In this document: positions 44,068-54,204 of the stretch, in pieces
How positions within the stretch are numbered: the first letter of the stretch is position 1
How the letters are laid out: each line of letters starts with the position of its first letter
Virus record (IMG/VR): IMGVR_UViG_3300050821_016647
Span: 32,001-96,000 of that record
Strand: one strand, 5' to 3'
DNA from: a virus
DNA: 64,000 bases
Notes under the pieces: generated by a model
Seen by the model: only the letters and a program-made list of their open reading frames with translations
Database searches by the model: none
What the model was told of the DNA's origin: nothing
Made by a program: the position numbers and the translations under genes

Positions 44068-46332
44068 GTGACAGTCTCCAGGCAACAGCGATACACCAAA
44101 GCACGACGGTGCCCCATTTGCGGCGGCGCCGAACAAGACCCGCGAGAGCAGGGTCGGCGGTGCATTGGTTATTTGAGCGACGACGACGAGTGGGCTCGTT
44201 GTTCGCGCGAAGAGTGTGCCGGCAGTCTAGATCTCGAAGAGGGTAGCGGCTGCTACGTACACAAGCTCTACGGGCTCTGCAAGTGCGGCGAGACCCACAA
44301 CGAAGCGAAGACCTCGACGCAGAACGTCATCGAGGCGACCTACGACTACTACGACGAGGGGGGCGTACTGCTCTACCAGGTCGTCCGCAAGGCCGGAAAG
44401 AAGTTCCAGCAGCGCCGACCTGACGGAGCGGGCGGGTGGGTCTGGAAGGTCGGCAAGGAGGTCCGACGCGTCCTCTATCGGCTGCCCGAGCTGCTCGCGG
44501 CCCCCCTCGACGAAACGATCGTCATCGTAGAGGGCGAAAAAGATGTCGCGACCCTTGTTTCTAGGGGGATCGTCGCCACGACGAACGCTCAAGGCGCAGG
44601 CAAATGGAACGGTGTTGCAGACCTCGCACGCAAGGTCTTCGCTGGGCGCAAGGTCGTCGTCATCGCCGATGCGGATGAGCCGGGACGAAAACACGCAAAA
44701 GAGATTCTTCTGAGCCTTACGGGGATCGCAGAGTCCATCGAGGCCCTCGAGCCTACCAAGGGAAAAGACGTCACCGATCACATTGCGGCCGGAGGAACGT
44801 ACGACGAGCTCATTCCCCTCGATACTGGGGAGAAGAAGCCTGATCCTGAGCTCCCGCAGGGAGGTCCGGCTTCAATTCCTCCACCCGATCTGCTGACCAA
44901 CGGCGCCATTCCTATGGCTCCGTACAAGTTCAAAGTCGGAGACCATGCGGAACTAGCCGATCGGCTTCTTTTACTACTTCGTAATGATAATCGAATTGCC
45001 ATTACCGGTGATGAGCAATCTGTATTTGGGTATGACCCCGATAGAGGATTGTTCACAAGGATTCAGGAAGAGGAACAGTCGAGAATTATTCAGAGCATGT
45101 CCGGGTCTCCAGTGAAGGGGAAGTCTCGTCCGCTCGGCATTCGGTCGGTCGACGTCAACGGAACGCAGAAGCTGTCCTACGATAAATCCGCTGTTCCTGG
45201 CTTCTTTTCAGACGCTCCTGCTGGTCTCGCCTTCCTCAACGGGTTCGTTGGTTTCTCCGAGGCCGGAGCTGTTCTCGTTCCCCACTCTCCCGACAACAGG
45301 GCTCGATTTGGTTACTCGTTTCCGTACGCGCCGGAAGCGCCGTGCCCCATGTGGCTCAACTTCCTCAGCGAGATTTTCCGCGACGATGACGACCGGGATC
45401 AGAAAATCGCCGTGCTTCAGGAGCACATTGGAGCTTCACTTGCGGGGCTCGCGACGACGTTCCAGCGCTGCATTGTCTGCATCGGTGAGGGTGACGAGGG
45501 GAAGAGTACGTTCGCCAAGATCGTCGCGTCAGCCTTCCCGCCAGGCAGTATCGAGGCCATTCCGCCGCAAGAGTGGGGACAGGAGTACCGTCGAGCTCTC
45601 CTCGCAGGCAAGCTCCTGAACACGGTCGCCGAGCTCCCAGAGAGCGACATCATCTCGAGCGAGTCGTTCAAGGCCGTCGTCTCCGGAGACTCCATCACCG
45701 GTCGTCCAATCCGACAGGCACCGTTCACGTTCAAGCCTCGTGCTGGGCATCTCTTCCTCGCGAATCGCCTCCCGGGGACCCCTGACCAGACTCGAGGGTT
45801 CTGGCGTCGGTTCATCGTCATCCGGTTCAACCGGTCCTTCACGGGGGACGCTGCGCGCGATCCGCTCATCGCCGAGAAGATCGTCGCCGCCGAACAGGGT
45901 AGCCTCGTGTCCTGGGCGCTCCAGGGGGCGGTACGTCTCATCGCCCAGAAGTCGCACACCCTCCCGGCGAGCCATGAGCGCGAGCTGGCCACGTGGCGCA
46001 AGAGCGCCGACCAGGTCGCGGCGTTCATCGAGGACAAGGTCACCTTCGTTCCGACCCGCGGCACCGCCGGGATGGAGGCGTACGCGGCCTACCGTGACTG
46101 GGCCGACGCGAACGGGCATCGAGCCATTTCGAGCTCGAAGTTCTCTGGACGGCTTCGTGAACTCGGAATTCAGGCAAAAAAGACAGAAATTGCCAACGTT
46201 TACCCAATTTGTGTGAGCGGTTGTGCTCGGGTTCCTTGCGACCTGGCGGTCGAGGCTCTTGGGGTCCGGCTGGAGGCAAACGGGATTCGGTTTCCAGCTG
46301 TAACGTCAACTATTTCGAGAACTTACAACTGA
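44068..46332 (+). CDS. Primase-helicase (Zn finger, TOPRIM, D5-like SF3 helicase)
   Basis: GTG start with AGGGA RBS; CPIC; IVEGEKD and DAD (TOPRIM); GEGDEGKS Walker A, VAEL, LANRLP; C-terminal wHTH-like region. Confidence 0.9.
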   Translation: MTVSRQQRYTKARRCPICGGAEQDPREQGRRCIGYLSDDDEWARCSREECAGSLDLEEGSGCYVHKLYGLCKCGETHNEAKTSTQNVIEATYDYYDEGGVLLYQVVRKAGKKFQQRRPDGAGGWVWKVGKEVRRVLYRLPELLAAPLDETIVIVEGEKDVATLVSRGIVATTNAQGAGKWNGVADLARKVFAGRKVVVIADADEPGRKHAKEILLSLTGIAESIEALEPTKGKDVTDHIAAGGTYDELIPLDTGEKKPDPELPQGGPASIPPPDLLTNGAIPMAPYKFKVGDHAELADRLLLLLRNDNRIAITGDEQSVFGYDPDRGLFTRIQEEEQSRIIQSMSGSPVKGKSRPLGIRSVDVNGTQKLSYDKSAVPGFFSDAPAGLAFLNGFVGFSEAGAVLVPHSPDNRARFGYSFPYAPEAPCPMWLNFLSEIFRDDDDRDQKIAVLQEHIGASLAGLATTFQRCIVCIGEGDEGKSTFAKIVASAFPPGSIEAIPPQEWGQEYRRALLAGKLLNTVAELPESDIISSESFKAVVSGDSITGRPIRQAPFTFKPRAGHLFLANRLPGTPDQTRGFWRRFIVIRFNRSFTGDAARDPLIAEKIVAAEQGSLVSWALQGAVRLIAQKSHTLPASHERELATWRKSADQVAAFIEDKVTFVPTRGTAGMEAYAAYRDWADANGHRAISSSKFSGRLRELGIQAKKTEIANVYPICVSGCARVPCDLAVEALGVRLEANGIRFPAVTSTISRTYN

Positions 46333-46508
46333 CTGGAGGCAATGGAGGCATTTCCGGCGAAACTCCTATATGCGCGTGTGCGCGCGCACGTGAAATATGG
46401 AACTCTTGTACGGATTTGCCTCCAGCGCCTCCATTTTGCCGCAACTACTCGTTAGAATTATAAGATCATCCTGGAAGCAAGATCTTCGTGGCCTCCAGCC
46501 GCCTCCAG
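46270..46508. repeat. Candidate replication origin: converging (C)TGGAGGC/GCCTCCA(G) repeats around a palindrome
   Basis: Forward copies at 46270, 46333, 46343; reverse copies at 46418, 46427, 46491, 46501; 12-bp palindrome gtgcgcgcgcac at 46378-46389; AT-rich patch about 46440-46470. Confidence 0.55.
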
Positions 46509-46600
46509 GAACGCACCTAGATCGTACCGCCCAGACGTAAAACGGTTGCCTTGTAGCAACATCGAAGATACAACGTAGACCTATTTTAGAGGACCACAAC

Positions 46601-46780
46601 GTGGACACATCGATCCGACTTAGGCTCACCCAGGAAGAGAAGAATTTATTCACCGAGGCCGCAAAAAGCTCGGGACGGACCTTGAGTAACTGGATCCGTT
46701 GGGTAGCCTCCCAGGCAGCGAACAGAACACAACCGCCCCCCGCGGCGACGCCTGGCGCTGAGCTGCGCGAGAAGTTCTGA
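46601..46780 (+). CDS. Ribbon-helix-helix-like regulator (59 aa, below ORF-track cutoff)
   Basis: AGAGGA RBS, GTG; SIRLRLTQEEKNLFTEAAKSSGRTLSNWIR; TGATG-coupled to the next gene. Confidence 0.7.
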   Translation: MDTSIRLRLTQEEKNLFTEAAKSSGRTLSNWIRWVASQAANRTQPPPAATPGAELREKF

Positions 46781-47232
46781 TGGAGCGAGAGCTCGAGTGG
46801 CCCGAGGAACCGGGCGTCTATTTTGTGCAGGCGGGAGACGAGCTTCGGGTCAAGATCGGGAAGGCGAACAACGTTCGTGCTCGATTGACGCAATTGCAGG
46901 ACGAGGCGAACCGTCTCGGGGTCGGTTTTAGACTCCAGCTCCTGCATGTCGTTTCAGGTGGATTACGCGAAGAAAAGTCACTTCATAAGAGGTTTGCAGC
47001 GCTTCGAGTAAATCCTCGAAACGAGTGGTTTTGGCTTCGCGATGAGCTGCTCTCGTTCTTGAATCGGATGATCATGGCGCGCGGGACTTTCGATCTGGTC
47101 GTTCACGTCGAGTCAATAAACGTTGCTCTGTCTGGTCACTACGAAGCTGCTTACATCAATATGGCTAGATTGGGTATCTGGACCAGAGCCTATGTCTGGT
47201 TCGCCGAACTAGGACACGAAAATTTCTCATGA
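46780..47232 (+). CDS. T5orf172/MUG113-like GIY-YIG family protein
   Basis: VYFVQ...VKIGKA..VRARL..LQ...EKSLHKRF...EWF. Confidence 0.8.
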   Translation: MERELEWPEEPGVYFVQAGDELRVKIGKANNVRARLTQLQDEANRLGVGFRLQLLHVVSGGLREEKSLHKRFAALRVNPRNEWFWLRDELLSFLNRMIMARGTFDLVVHVESINVALSGHYEAAYINMARLGIWTRAYVWFAELGHENFS

Positions 47233-48157
47233 CCTACTCCATCATCCCCATCTTCGGCTTCGACTGGCCCCGGTTCCAGATCAGGACCGACGTCGGCCGC
47301 ACATTCGGCAAGTTCCTCGACCGCGCCGAGGCCGACACCTACGTCGCCAAGCTCGAAACCCAGCCGCGCGCTGTGCCGGGGCGAGCTCCAGACCTGGAGA
47401 TCCGCCTCATGGCGGATGAGGCCGCCGAGATGTTGCGACGGAGGAGCTTCGACTGGAAGAGGAAGAAGAACCCGGCGCCAGACCCTCCTAGGCCACCGCC
47501 ATCGAGCTTCAACGACAACGAGGAGATCCCCTTCTGATGAACGCAGCGTCTGTCACAGCAAGCCTCGGTCTCGGAGTTCTCGTCTTCGGTGCCTACGCGC
47601 TCGGTTACCTCGCTCGTGCCCGTCATGTGACGACCGCAGCCGAGGCTCGAGTGCGCCGACAGAACGCGCGCGGCGAGAAGACGTTCAAGAGGTGGTGTAA
47701 GCGTCACGCAGCGCTCGTAGACGCGCTTGTAGCGAACGAAGATGGGTGTCCGGACCTTCCGATTCTATTCGGCGGCGTTCTGCACCAAGCCACCGATCGG
47801 GAGATCCTCAAGCAGCAGTCGAAGAACGCGAAGGGTTGGCGCGAGCTCTGGGCTGACGAAGCTACGTACGCACCAAAGAAAGGTGTGACGTGCGGAGTGA
47901 GTCCGCGACACCGGATCGGAAAGTACCTTCGTCCGAACCAACCGGCGCCATACGGCTCTTCGAAGCGCGGGAAGCAGGAGCGTCCGTGGGCAAACGGATT
48001 CAACGCTTCGTTGCTCGGACTTTTTACCAGTCCACCGCGAGAGTCGGAGTTACCGAAGCTGGCTAGTCTCGAACCGGAGCCGATCGATCCGGTAGCAGCT
48101 TACACGGCACTCAAGAGTAGCGACATTGTGCCGCTAGTGCCTGAGGAGAAAAAGTGA
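47229..48157 (+). CDS. Two hypothetical genes (47229..47537; 47537..48157 with N-terminal TM)
   Basis: Coupled overlaps; the first ends NEEIPF. Confidence 0.6.
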
Positions 48158-48672
48158 CTACTGAATACGCCGCGCTCGCCCTCAAGGCCAGAGAGTTCGC
48201 CAAGAGCATGCACGCGAATCAAAAGTACGGGACCGAGCCCTACGTGGTTCATCTTGAGCTCGTTCGCACCATCTTGTTGGAGTCGCACTACGAGCGTATC
48301 TACGAGGTCGCCGCGTGGCTCCACGACATGCTCGAAGACACGCACGTGACCGTCGAGCTCATGAATGCGCTGTTCGGAGCGCAGGTCACCACGCTCGTCT
48401 GGGCTGTGACCGGGACAGGGGGTAACCGCAAGGAGCGAAACGAGAGCATCTACGAGAAGCTCGCGATCGTGCCGGCGGCCATCCCGCTCAAGCTCGCCGA
48501 CCGCATCGCGAACGTCACCTGCGCAAGAGAGGACGCGAAGACGTCCCTCTTTACGATGTACCGTGATGAGCACGCGGAGTTCGTGAAGCGCCTTGCTCCG
48601 TACTCGCTCGGTTGCACGATGTGGGAGCGGCTCCAATCGGAGATCACCGCTCACGGAAGGATTTCTCTCTGA
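48154..48672 (+). CDS. HD-domain hydrolase of the SpoT/Mesh1 small-alarmone-hydrolase type
   Basis: H.NQKY..EPY..H, WLHDMLEDT, LKLADRIAN. Confidence 0.75.
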   Translation: MTTEYAALALKAREFAKSMHANQKYGTEPYVVHLELVRTILLESHYERIYEVAAWLHDMLEDTHVTVELMNALFGAQVTTLVWAVTGTGGNRKERNESIYEKLAIVPAAIPLKLADRIANVTCAREDAKTSLFTMYRDEHAEFVKRLAPYSLGCTMWERLQSEITAHGRISL

Positions 48673-48918
48673 TGCCCAGCGGACCACGACGATGAAGACG
48701 GTCCATGCCGGCTCCGGCTTCTACGTTCCCGACGGGACGATGTGCCCGCTTGGGTGTGATATGCCGTTTCACATCGGGACGCGCTATTACAATCTCGAGG
48801 GCGGCGGCAAGTCGAGTATTGGGTGCACGGGGTTCGCTAAGTACCAAGCCGTGACCTACTTGCAGACGGAGCGGCTCATCGCGGCGTTGAACTCGTTCAG
48901 AAAACGTGTGGAGAGAAA

Positions 48919-49593
48919 ATGACCCGATCCTCGTGGGACACCTACTTCCTCGACATCGCCAAGACCGTCGCCACGCGAGCGACCTGCGACCGCAAGCACG
49001 TGGGCGCGGTCATCGTGCGGGATAAGATGATTCTCGCGACCGGCTACAACGGCAGCATCCGCGGGATGCCGCACTGTGACGAGGTCGGGCACATGATGGA
49101 GGACGGCCATTGCGTTAGAACGATGCACGCCGAGGCGAACGCGATCGTGCAGGCGGCTCGAGCGGGCGTTGGAATCGCGAGCGGGTCCTCTCTCCTCTCG
49201 AACACGAAGACGACCATGTACGTCACGGCTTCGCCGTGTTGGCCGTGCTTCAAGCTCATCGCGAACGCGGGAATCACGCGCGTCGTTTTCGGCGAGTTCT
49301 ACCGGGACGAGCGGATTTTCAAGGTCGCCGAGAAGCTCGGCATCGAGCTCGTCGACGCGAACGCACCGGAGACCAGCTTCTGTTTGACGTGCATGACGCC
49401 CATCCAGAAGGGGACTCGGTACTGCGAGCCACACCTGGCGCTGTCGTTTGCTCAGCATCGAGGACACGACCAGCCGACCGACGACGACCGAGCCGACGCG
49501 CACCGGATCTTCGAGAGTCAGGTGCCGTCCGGCGCCTTGAAAGTCGCAAAGGGCGACGGGACCCTCGAGTGGGTGAAGCCGGAGAAGCTGTGA
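48919..49593 (+). CDS. dCMP deaminase (ComEB-like) with C-terminal Zn-finger-like extension
   Basis: RATC..KHVGA, TGYNG, HAE, PCWPC. Confidence 0.9.
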   Translation: MTRSSWDTYFLDIAKTVATRATCDRKHVGAVIVRDKMILATGYNGSIRGMPHCDEVGHMMEDGHCVRTMHAEANAIVQAARAGVGIASGSSLLSNTKTTMYVTASPCWPCFKLIANAGITRVVFGEFYRDERIFKVAEKLGIELVDANAPETSFCLTCMTPIQKGTRYCEPHLALSFAQHRGHDQPTDDDRADAHRIFESQVPSGALKVAKGDGTLEWVKPEKL

Positions 49594-51761
49594 GATACAC
49601 TTGGGACCCCGCCTGGCGCGCGAAACTTTCCGCGCACGATGTCGCAAAGGTCGCTACTAAGACGCGCGGGCACATCGAGACGGACGGGCAGATGCCGTGG
49701 GCATCGAAGCAGGAGGCCCTCCGGGACGTCGAGGCGTTCGAGCGCGGGGACCCGTGTCCGGAATTCACCGGAGGGCACGTGCACGGCAAGCCGGTACTGA
49801 GTCGCTTACACATTTACGAGGAGAAGAAATGAGTTGGTTCACTAGGTTCTTCGAGAAGGCGACGCCGAAGCGTAAGTTTTCTGAGCCGAGATTCGTCACG
49901 TACCGGTGCCATCGGATTACATGCCCAGCTTGCGGAAACCGTTCGAGGACGGAGAGACATTGGTTTGCATTGAGGCCATCGGAGAAGGATGGTCTCAATT
50001 GACACACCTGCGCTGTCAACAGGCACCTGAAGGACAGAAGCCGGCTGGAGACGTCGATGCTTACGAGTTGCCGGAGTGGGCTCTCAGCAGGCTAGCAAGA
50101 AGATGACCCCCGGCTCCGCTCAGCTCGAGAATCCGGATGAGGTCTTGCTCGACGTGGTGGGGCTCTGCGCGAAGGTCTGCAAGGACAACGAGCTGACCGG
50201 TCGCGTCTACACAAGCGACCTCACGGAGCTGCGGGACCTCATCAACGACATTCGACGGCACGTGTCGTCGGGCGGCGGGTACAAGTCACTACCGCGGCTC
50301 ATCAAACCAGGAGAAGACGAATGATCTGGCGCTACCTCAGCTACTGGCTCGCGATGGGCGCGGCGGGAATCGCGCTCAACATCATCTTTGCACTGTTCGG
50401 CATCGGAGAGTTGCATCGAGTGCTGAAGACCGCCAGCGTGAAGGTGACCGGCGGAAGCGAGCTGACCCGGCTCTCGATCATCGTCAGCGCGATCGTTGGA
50501 GTCGTCATTGGCGCGGCGTTCTCAATGTCGCTTGGACCACTGACGCTGGTCAGGGCCTTTCTCGGGCTCCGGAAGCCGAAAGAGGGCTCGTGAAGGAGAC
50601 CTGCGACTACTGCGGCAGCAAACTCGTTTACCCGTGCGTCGGACTCGGCTGCCCGTTCATTGAAGACTCGGAGTGCAACATCTTCTGCAACGACGAATGC
50701 CGAGAGGCGTGGGTTGCTCGGGAGGCGGCGATGAATCCATACCGCGAACAGATCGAGCAGCTCGCTCGCGACGCGGCCATCGTGAAGCGGGAGTACGACG
50801 CGTCGCAGGTCGCGCACGAGGCGATGAAGAGCGCCGAGCGGAGCGTGCTCATGGCGGTATATGCTCTAGTCGGTCCTGAGTACGTACCGACGTCGATACC
50901 TCTCGGCAGCACGTTGCGAAAGGAACTAGAGGACGTGGTCGTATGTCTCCGCGCGAAAGGGATCAGTAAGCACGCAGAGATGGTCGCGGCCGTCGTGGTG
51001 CTGTTGCCATGACCCCCTACCGACAGACCATTACTCTTGATGCGATTCCTCGTCGGCCCACGCGTGAAGAGACGATGAAGAAGTTCAACCGCGGGATGAT
51101 CAATGGTCCGCCGTGGCGAAGATGGGACGCGTTGGCAGCAGCCAATCAAGGGCTGCTGGTCGTGCTCCTATGTCTCATGGGGCCGCATCCATACGGTGGA
51201 TGGATCGACATCCCTTGCGGTATCCTCGGTCTCGTGTTCTCGATCTTTGCTGCATTCCGATACTGGCGTGAGGCGCCATACCGGCGACTCGTAGAAGAGG
51301 CTGAGGCGGAGCTCAAGATGTTGACTGAGAACGAACATGGGTGAGGCGAAGCGGAAACGAGAGCTGGCCAAACGCGCGGAAACGGAGCGAGCTGCGGAGG
51401 AGCTACGTGTAGCCATCGAGCCTCCGGCGAAACCGCTCAACCGCAAGCGTGACCGAGAGATGGCCGCCGCCGGGGTCTTCGACAAGTACAACTGCGACCT
51501 CATGCCGAAGGGGACCGTGATGAAGTCCAACGACATCGTGCACGTCGACGGTGGCGTGCATTTCTATACGGACAAGAAATGAGCTGCTGCATTGCGTGCA
51601 GTGTTGCGCTCGAAAGACCGAACAACGAGATCGCCGCCGTTGCGGTACTTGCTTATGGGTGGCGTTCCAAGAAAACCGTCGAAGAGATTTGTCGTGACCT
51701 GTGCGAGCGGCACGAGGCGATGTTCAAGCGCGGGTATGTCGCGGCGGAGAAGGTAAAATGA
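49590..51761 (+). CDS. Cluster of small hypothetical genes (49590..49832, ~50103..50324, 50321..50593 TM, 50590..51012, 51009..51344 TM, 51337..51582, 51579..51761)
   Basis: Chain of coupled overlaps. Confidence 0.6.
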
Positions 51762-52093
51762 AAACCATACACTTCATCGTCAACGGGGAGGATATCAAGG
51801 TCCGTGTCGAGGATGAGCTGCCGCTCGAGTGGGCGACGCGGCGCGCACTGCGACTCAGCTACAACACGAGTCGGCCGCCTCAGGATTGGGAGCTACGTCA
51901 CGAATCCGGGCAGCTCGTCGACGACGGGATTTGTTGCGAGCGGATACCTGAGCACGGTCATTTGTTTTTGACGCTGCGGGTCAGTGCTGGAGGTAACCGG
52001 CGATACATCTTTTCGTCACTGCGTGCAGACTGGTCGCTAGGTAACCGGCGATACATCTTTCCGTCGCTGCGTGCAGACTGGTCGCTGCGGTGA
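51758..52093 (+). CDS. Ubiquitin-like (DUF2604-like beta-grasp) protein with a 32-aa extension after Gly-Gly
   Basis: IHFIVNGE...LPL..A...AL..S.NT.RPP.DWELR.ESG...LFLTLRVSAGG (79 aa to GG); ATGA-coupled. Confidence 0.7.
   Translation: MKTIHFIVNGEDIKVRVEDELPLEWATRRALRLSYNTSRPPQDWELRHESGQLVDDGICCERIPEHGHLFLTLRVSAGGNRRYIFSSLRADWSLGNRRYIFPSLRADWSLR
51992..52087 (+). repeat. 2 x 48-nt tandem duplication starting at the last Gly codon of the Ubl GG
   Basis: ggtaaccggcgatacatct...ggtcgct(a/g) twice with 3 mismatches; encodes GNRRYIF(S/P)SLRADWSL. Confidence 0.9.
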
Positions 52094-52268
52094 AACGCGC
52101 CGACCCCATGCTGCTGATGTGCAAGCTCCAAGGCAACGGCGGGCGGCCCATGAAGCGCCGGACGATGAAGAAGCGTCTGAGCCGCGTCCTCGCAGAGGTG
52201 AGGCGGCGGTTCTTGCGGAGAAGGGCCTGATGTTCCCCATCGAGCCGTTTCCCTGGTAGGCTTCAAGG

Positions 52269-52709
52269 GTGGCAGACCCCACCCGTCGTGTGCAGCAGCT
52301 CCTGGCCCTTGCGACGGACCCAGCGGCGTCAGAGGAGGAAGCCCGCACCGCGGCGCTTCAAGCTGCCCGCAGCATCCGAGCGCACGGTCTCCACGTGACA
52401 TCGGCCGAGGAGGAGTGGGAGGCCCAGCAGCAGGTGTCCTGCTACCCTTCCCGGGCGCCATCGCACCCCTACGGTACCGCTGTGACGCCCCAGAGCCGTC
52501 AGATGGGCGCCGGGGCGCCGCGCATGCATCCTAGGCCCACGCCGCAGTCACGCGCCATGTCGGTGCCCAGAGACGAGACCGGCTACGGTATCGAGCCGAT
52601 GCGCGGCGGTGCGCATGTGGTGGACTGGGACTTCAAGGACGACGTGTCCGTGGAGAAGCCAGAGCAAGCGTTCTCGCCTGCGCTCCTGTCGCTCTTGAGG
52701 CGTCGATAG
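52269..52709 (+). CDS. DUF2786-like protein
   Basis: RVQQLLALA...SEEEARTAA..A...I..HGL. Confidence 0.6.
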   Translation: MADPTRRVQQLLALATDPAASEEEARTAALQAARSIRAHGLHVTSAEEEWEAQQQVSCYPSRAPSHPYGTAVTPQSRQMGAGAPRMHPRPTPQSRAMSVPRDETGYGIEPMRGGAHVVDWDFKDDVSVEKPEQAFSPALLSLLRRR

Positions 52710-52710
52710 G

Positions 52711-52902
52711 ATGCTCACGCCGAAGGCGCCGAAAACGACAGACGGTCTTCTGCGCGCGGTGAGCGCCTGGTTCTTCGAGACGGAGCTCGAGCTCAAGAAG
52801 AAGACGCTCGACTTCAAAGACCTGAGCGAAGCTGAGGTCCACCTCTATCGCGAGGCGAAGAAGTGGAGCGAGATGATGCGGGTCTGGTCGGGACGAGGCT
52901 GA
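52711..52902 (+). CDS. Small hypothetical protein
   Basis: 63 aa, AGG RBS. Confidence 0.55.
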   Translation: MLTPKAPKTTDGLLRAVSAWFFETELELKKKTLDFKDLSEAEVHLYREAKKWSEMMRVWSGRG

Positions 52903-52907
52903 CGCGA

Positions 52908-52935
52908 TTGACGTACTGCGCGCGCGGCGTATCCT
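52908..52935 (+). promoter_or_regulatory. Sigma70-like promoter predicting a leaderless transcript
   Basis: TTGACG-N16-TATCCT, ATG 7 nt downstream, no RBS. Confidence 0.5.
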
Positions 52936-52942
52936 CGCCGCC

Positions 52943-53644
52943 ATGCTCCGCCAGACACTCGCGTTCCTCGTCGTTCTGTTCCTCGTCGCCTGTCCTTCGC
53001 CAACGTGCCCTCCTGCGCCCGATGCGGCGCCAGTTCCCGCCCCAGAAGCGGCAGCCGAGGTCGCCCCCGCGGTTTCGAGCGGCACGAGCGTCATCGTCAA
53101 GAACCCGGGCCCCGACGCCGTGAGCGTCGCGGTCGCCTTCGGGAGCGACTCGCAGGTGACGGGCTTCTTCTTCTGCAACCCGACCGGAGCGCTCACGTGC
53201 TCGTTCAAGTTGGACGGTAAGGCGTCGCGCGAGCTCCCCCTCGCGGGCGGCTACCTCAACGCCACGTTCGTGTTCAACACGTCGGTCGGGTGCGGCTCGA
53301 CGAAGGCCGAGATCAACGTGAACAACCCGCAGTGGTACAACACGGTCGACATCAGCCTCGTCGACGGGTTCTCCACGCCGCTGACTCTCGTCTACAAGGA
53401 TCCCTCGGGCAGTCACACGTTCTCGGTGTCCGGCAAGCTCGGTAACGAGCGAGCTCCGGCGGTCTTTCCCCTCGGCTGTGACACGTGCGTCGCGAGGACC
53501 AAGTCCGCGTGCGGGATGTCGCCGGGCAAGGACGGATGCAAGGCAGGGACGCAGTTCGCGCCGGTGCCACCCTGCCAGTTCCAGGGGAGCACGATGAGTG
53601 GTCGCGCGACGACCGTCGAGATCGTCCTCGGTGCGCCGGCCTGA
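52943..53644 (+). CDS. Thaumatin-like lipoprotein
   Basis: Lipobox signal MLRQTLAFLVVLFLVA-C; Pro/Ala linker; TKAEIN...WYNTVDISLVDGFSTPL matches the thaumatin T.AEFT..FYDVSLVDG(F/Y)N.P core; multiple Cys. Confidence 0.65.
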   Translation: MLRQTLAFLVVLFLVACPSPTCPPAPDAAPVPAPEAAAEVAPAVSSGTSVIVKNPGPDAVSVAVAFGSDSQVTGFFFCNPTGALTCSFKLDGKASRELPLAGGYLNATFVFNTSVGCGSTKAEINVNNPQWYNTVDISLVDGFSTPLTLVYKDPSGSHTFSVSGKLGNERAPAVFPLGCDTCVARTKSACGMSPGKDGCKAGTQFAPVPPCQFQGSTMSGRATTVEIVLGAPA

Positions 53645-54204
53645 TACTACGCGCGAGGCGGCTTCCCAGGACCGCGTCCCTCTCCCGAGCTCTCCGCACG
53701 TGGCGTTCCATGTACGCGGGCTTTTACGCCCCACAGATTGCGTTCGTGGCCGCTCGGGTTGATCAGCTTAGCCTGGAGTCGGCGAAGCTTCCCGAGTGGA
53801 GGATCTGAGCTTACTCGCGCGGGTTGAGACTACGACTCAGGTAGGTGGTCCGGCAAGATGAAAAACGGCGGCCCGCTCGCGAGCATCGTCTCCCGAAGCC
53901 GGTCGTTGATGCGGTTGATCATTTTCGCCGTCGTGAACCATTCGACGAGCCGACGCTTCGCGCGCCGCCCTTTGCGACCGCGGTAGAGCGCGCGGCGACG
54001 GAGAGTGGGGAGGGAGGCGGTCATCCAATGTAGAGGTCGACACCGCCGCATGTCGGCGTGGATTTCGACCATCTCAGTTTCGCGAGCGTCTTCGAGGATG
54101 AGGCGAGCACTGGTCTTCGGGATTTGGACCGTCGTCTCGATGGTAGGGCACCCAGGCGTAGACGGTTTTCGCCTGCCGGATGCACGACGCGAACTTCCCG
54201 ATGT

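Noticed and set aside
51992-52087. Possible mini-CRISPR or att-type repeat
   Set aside because: Two adjacent copies without a spacer, in frame within a CDS; no cas genes or integrase
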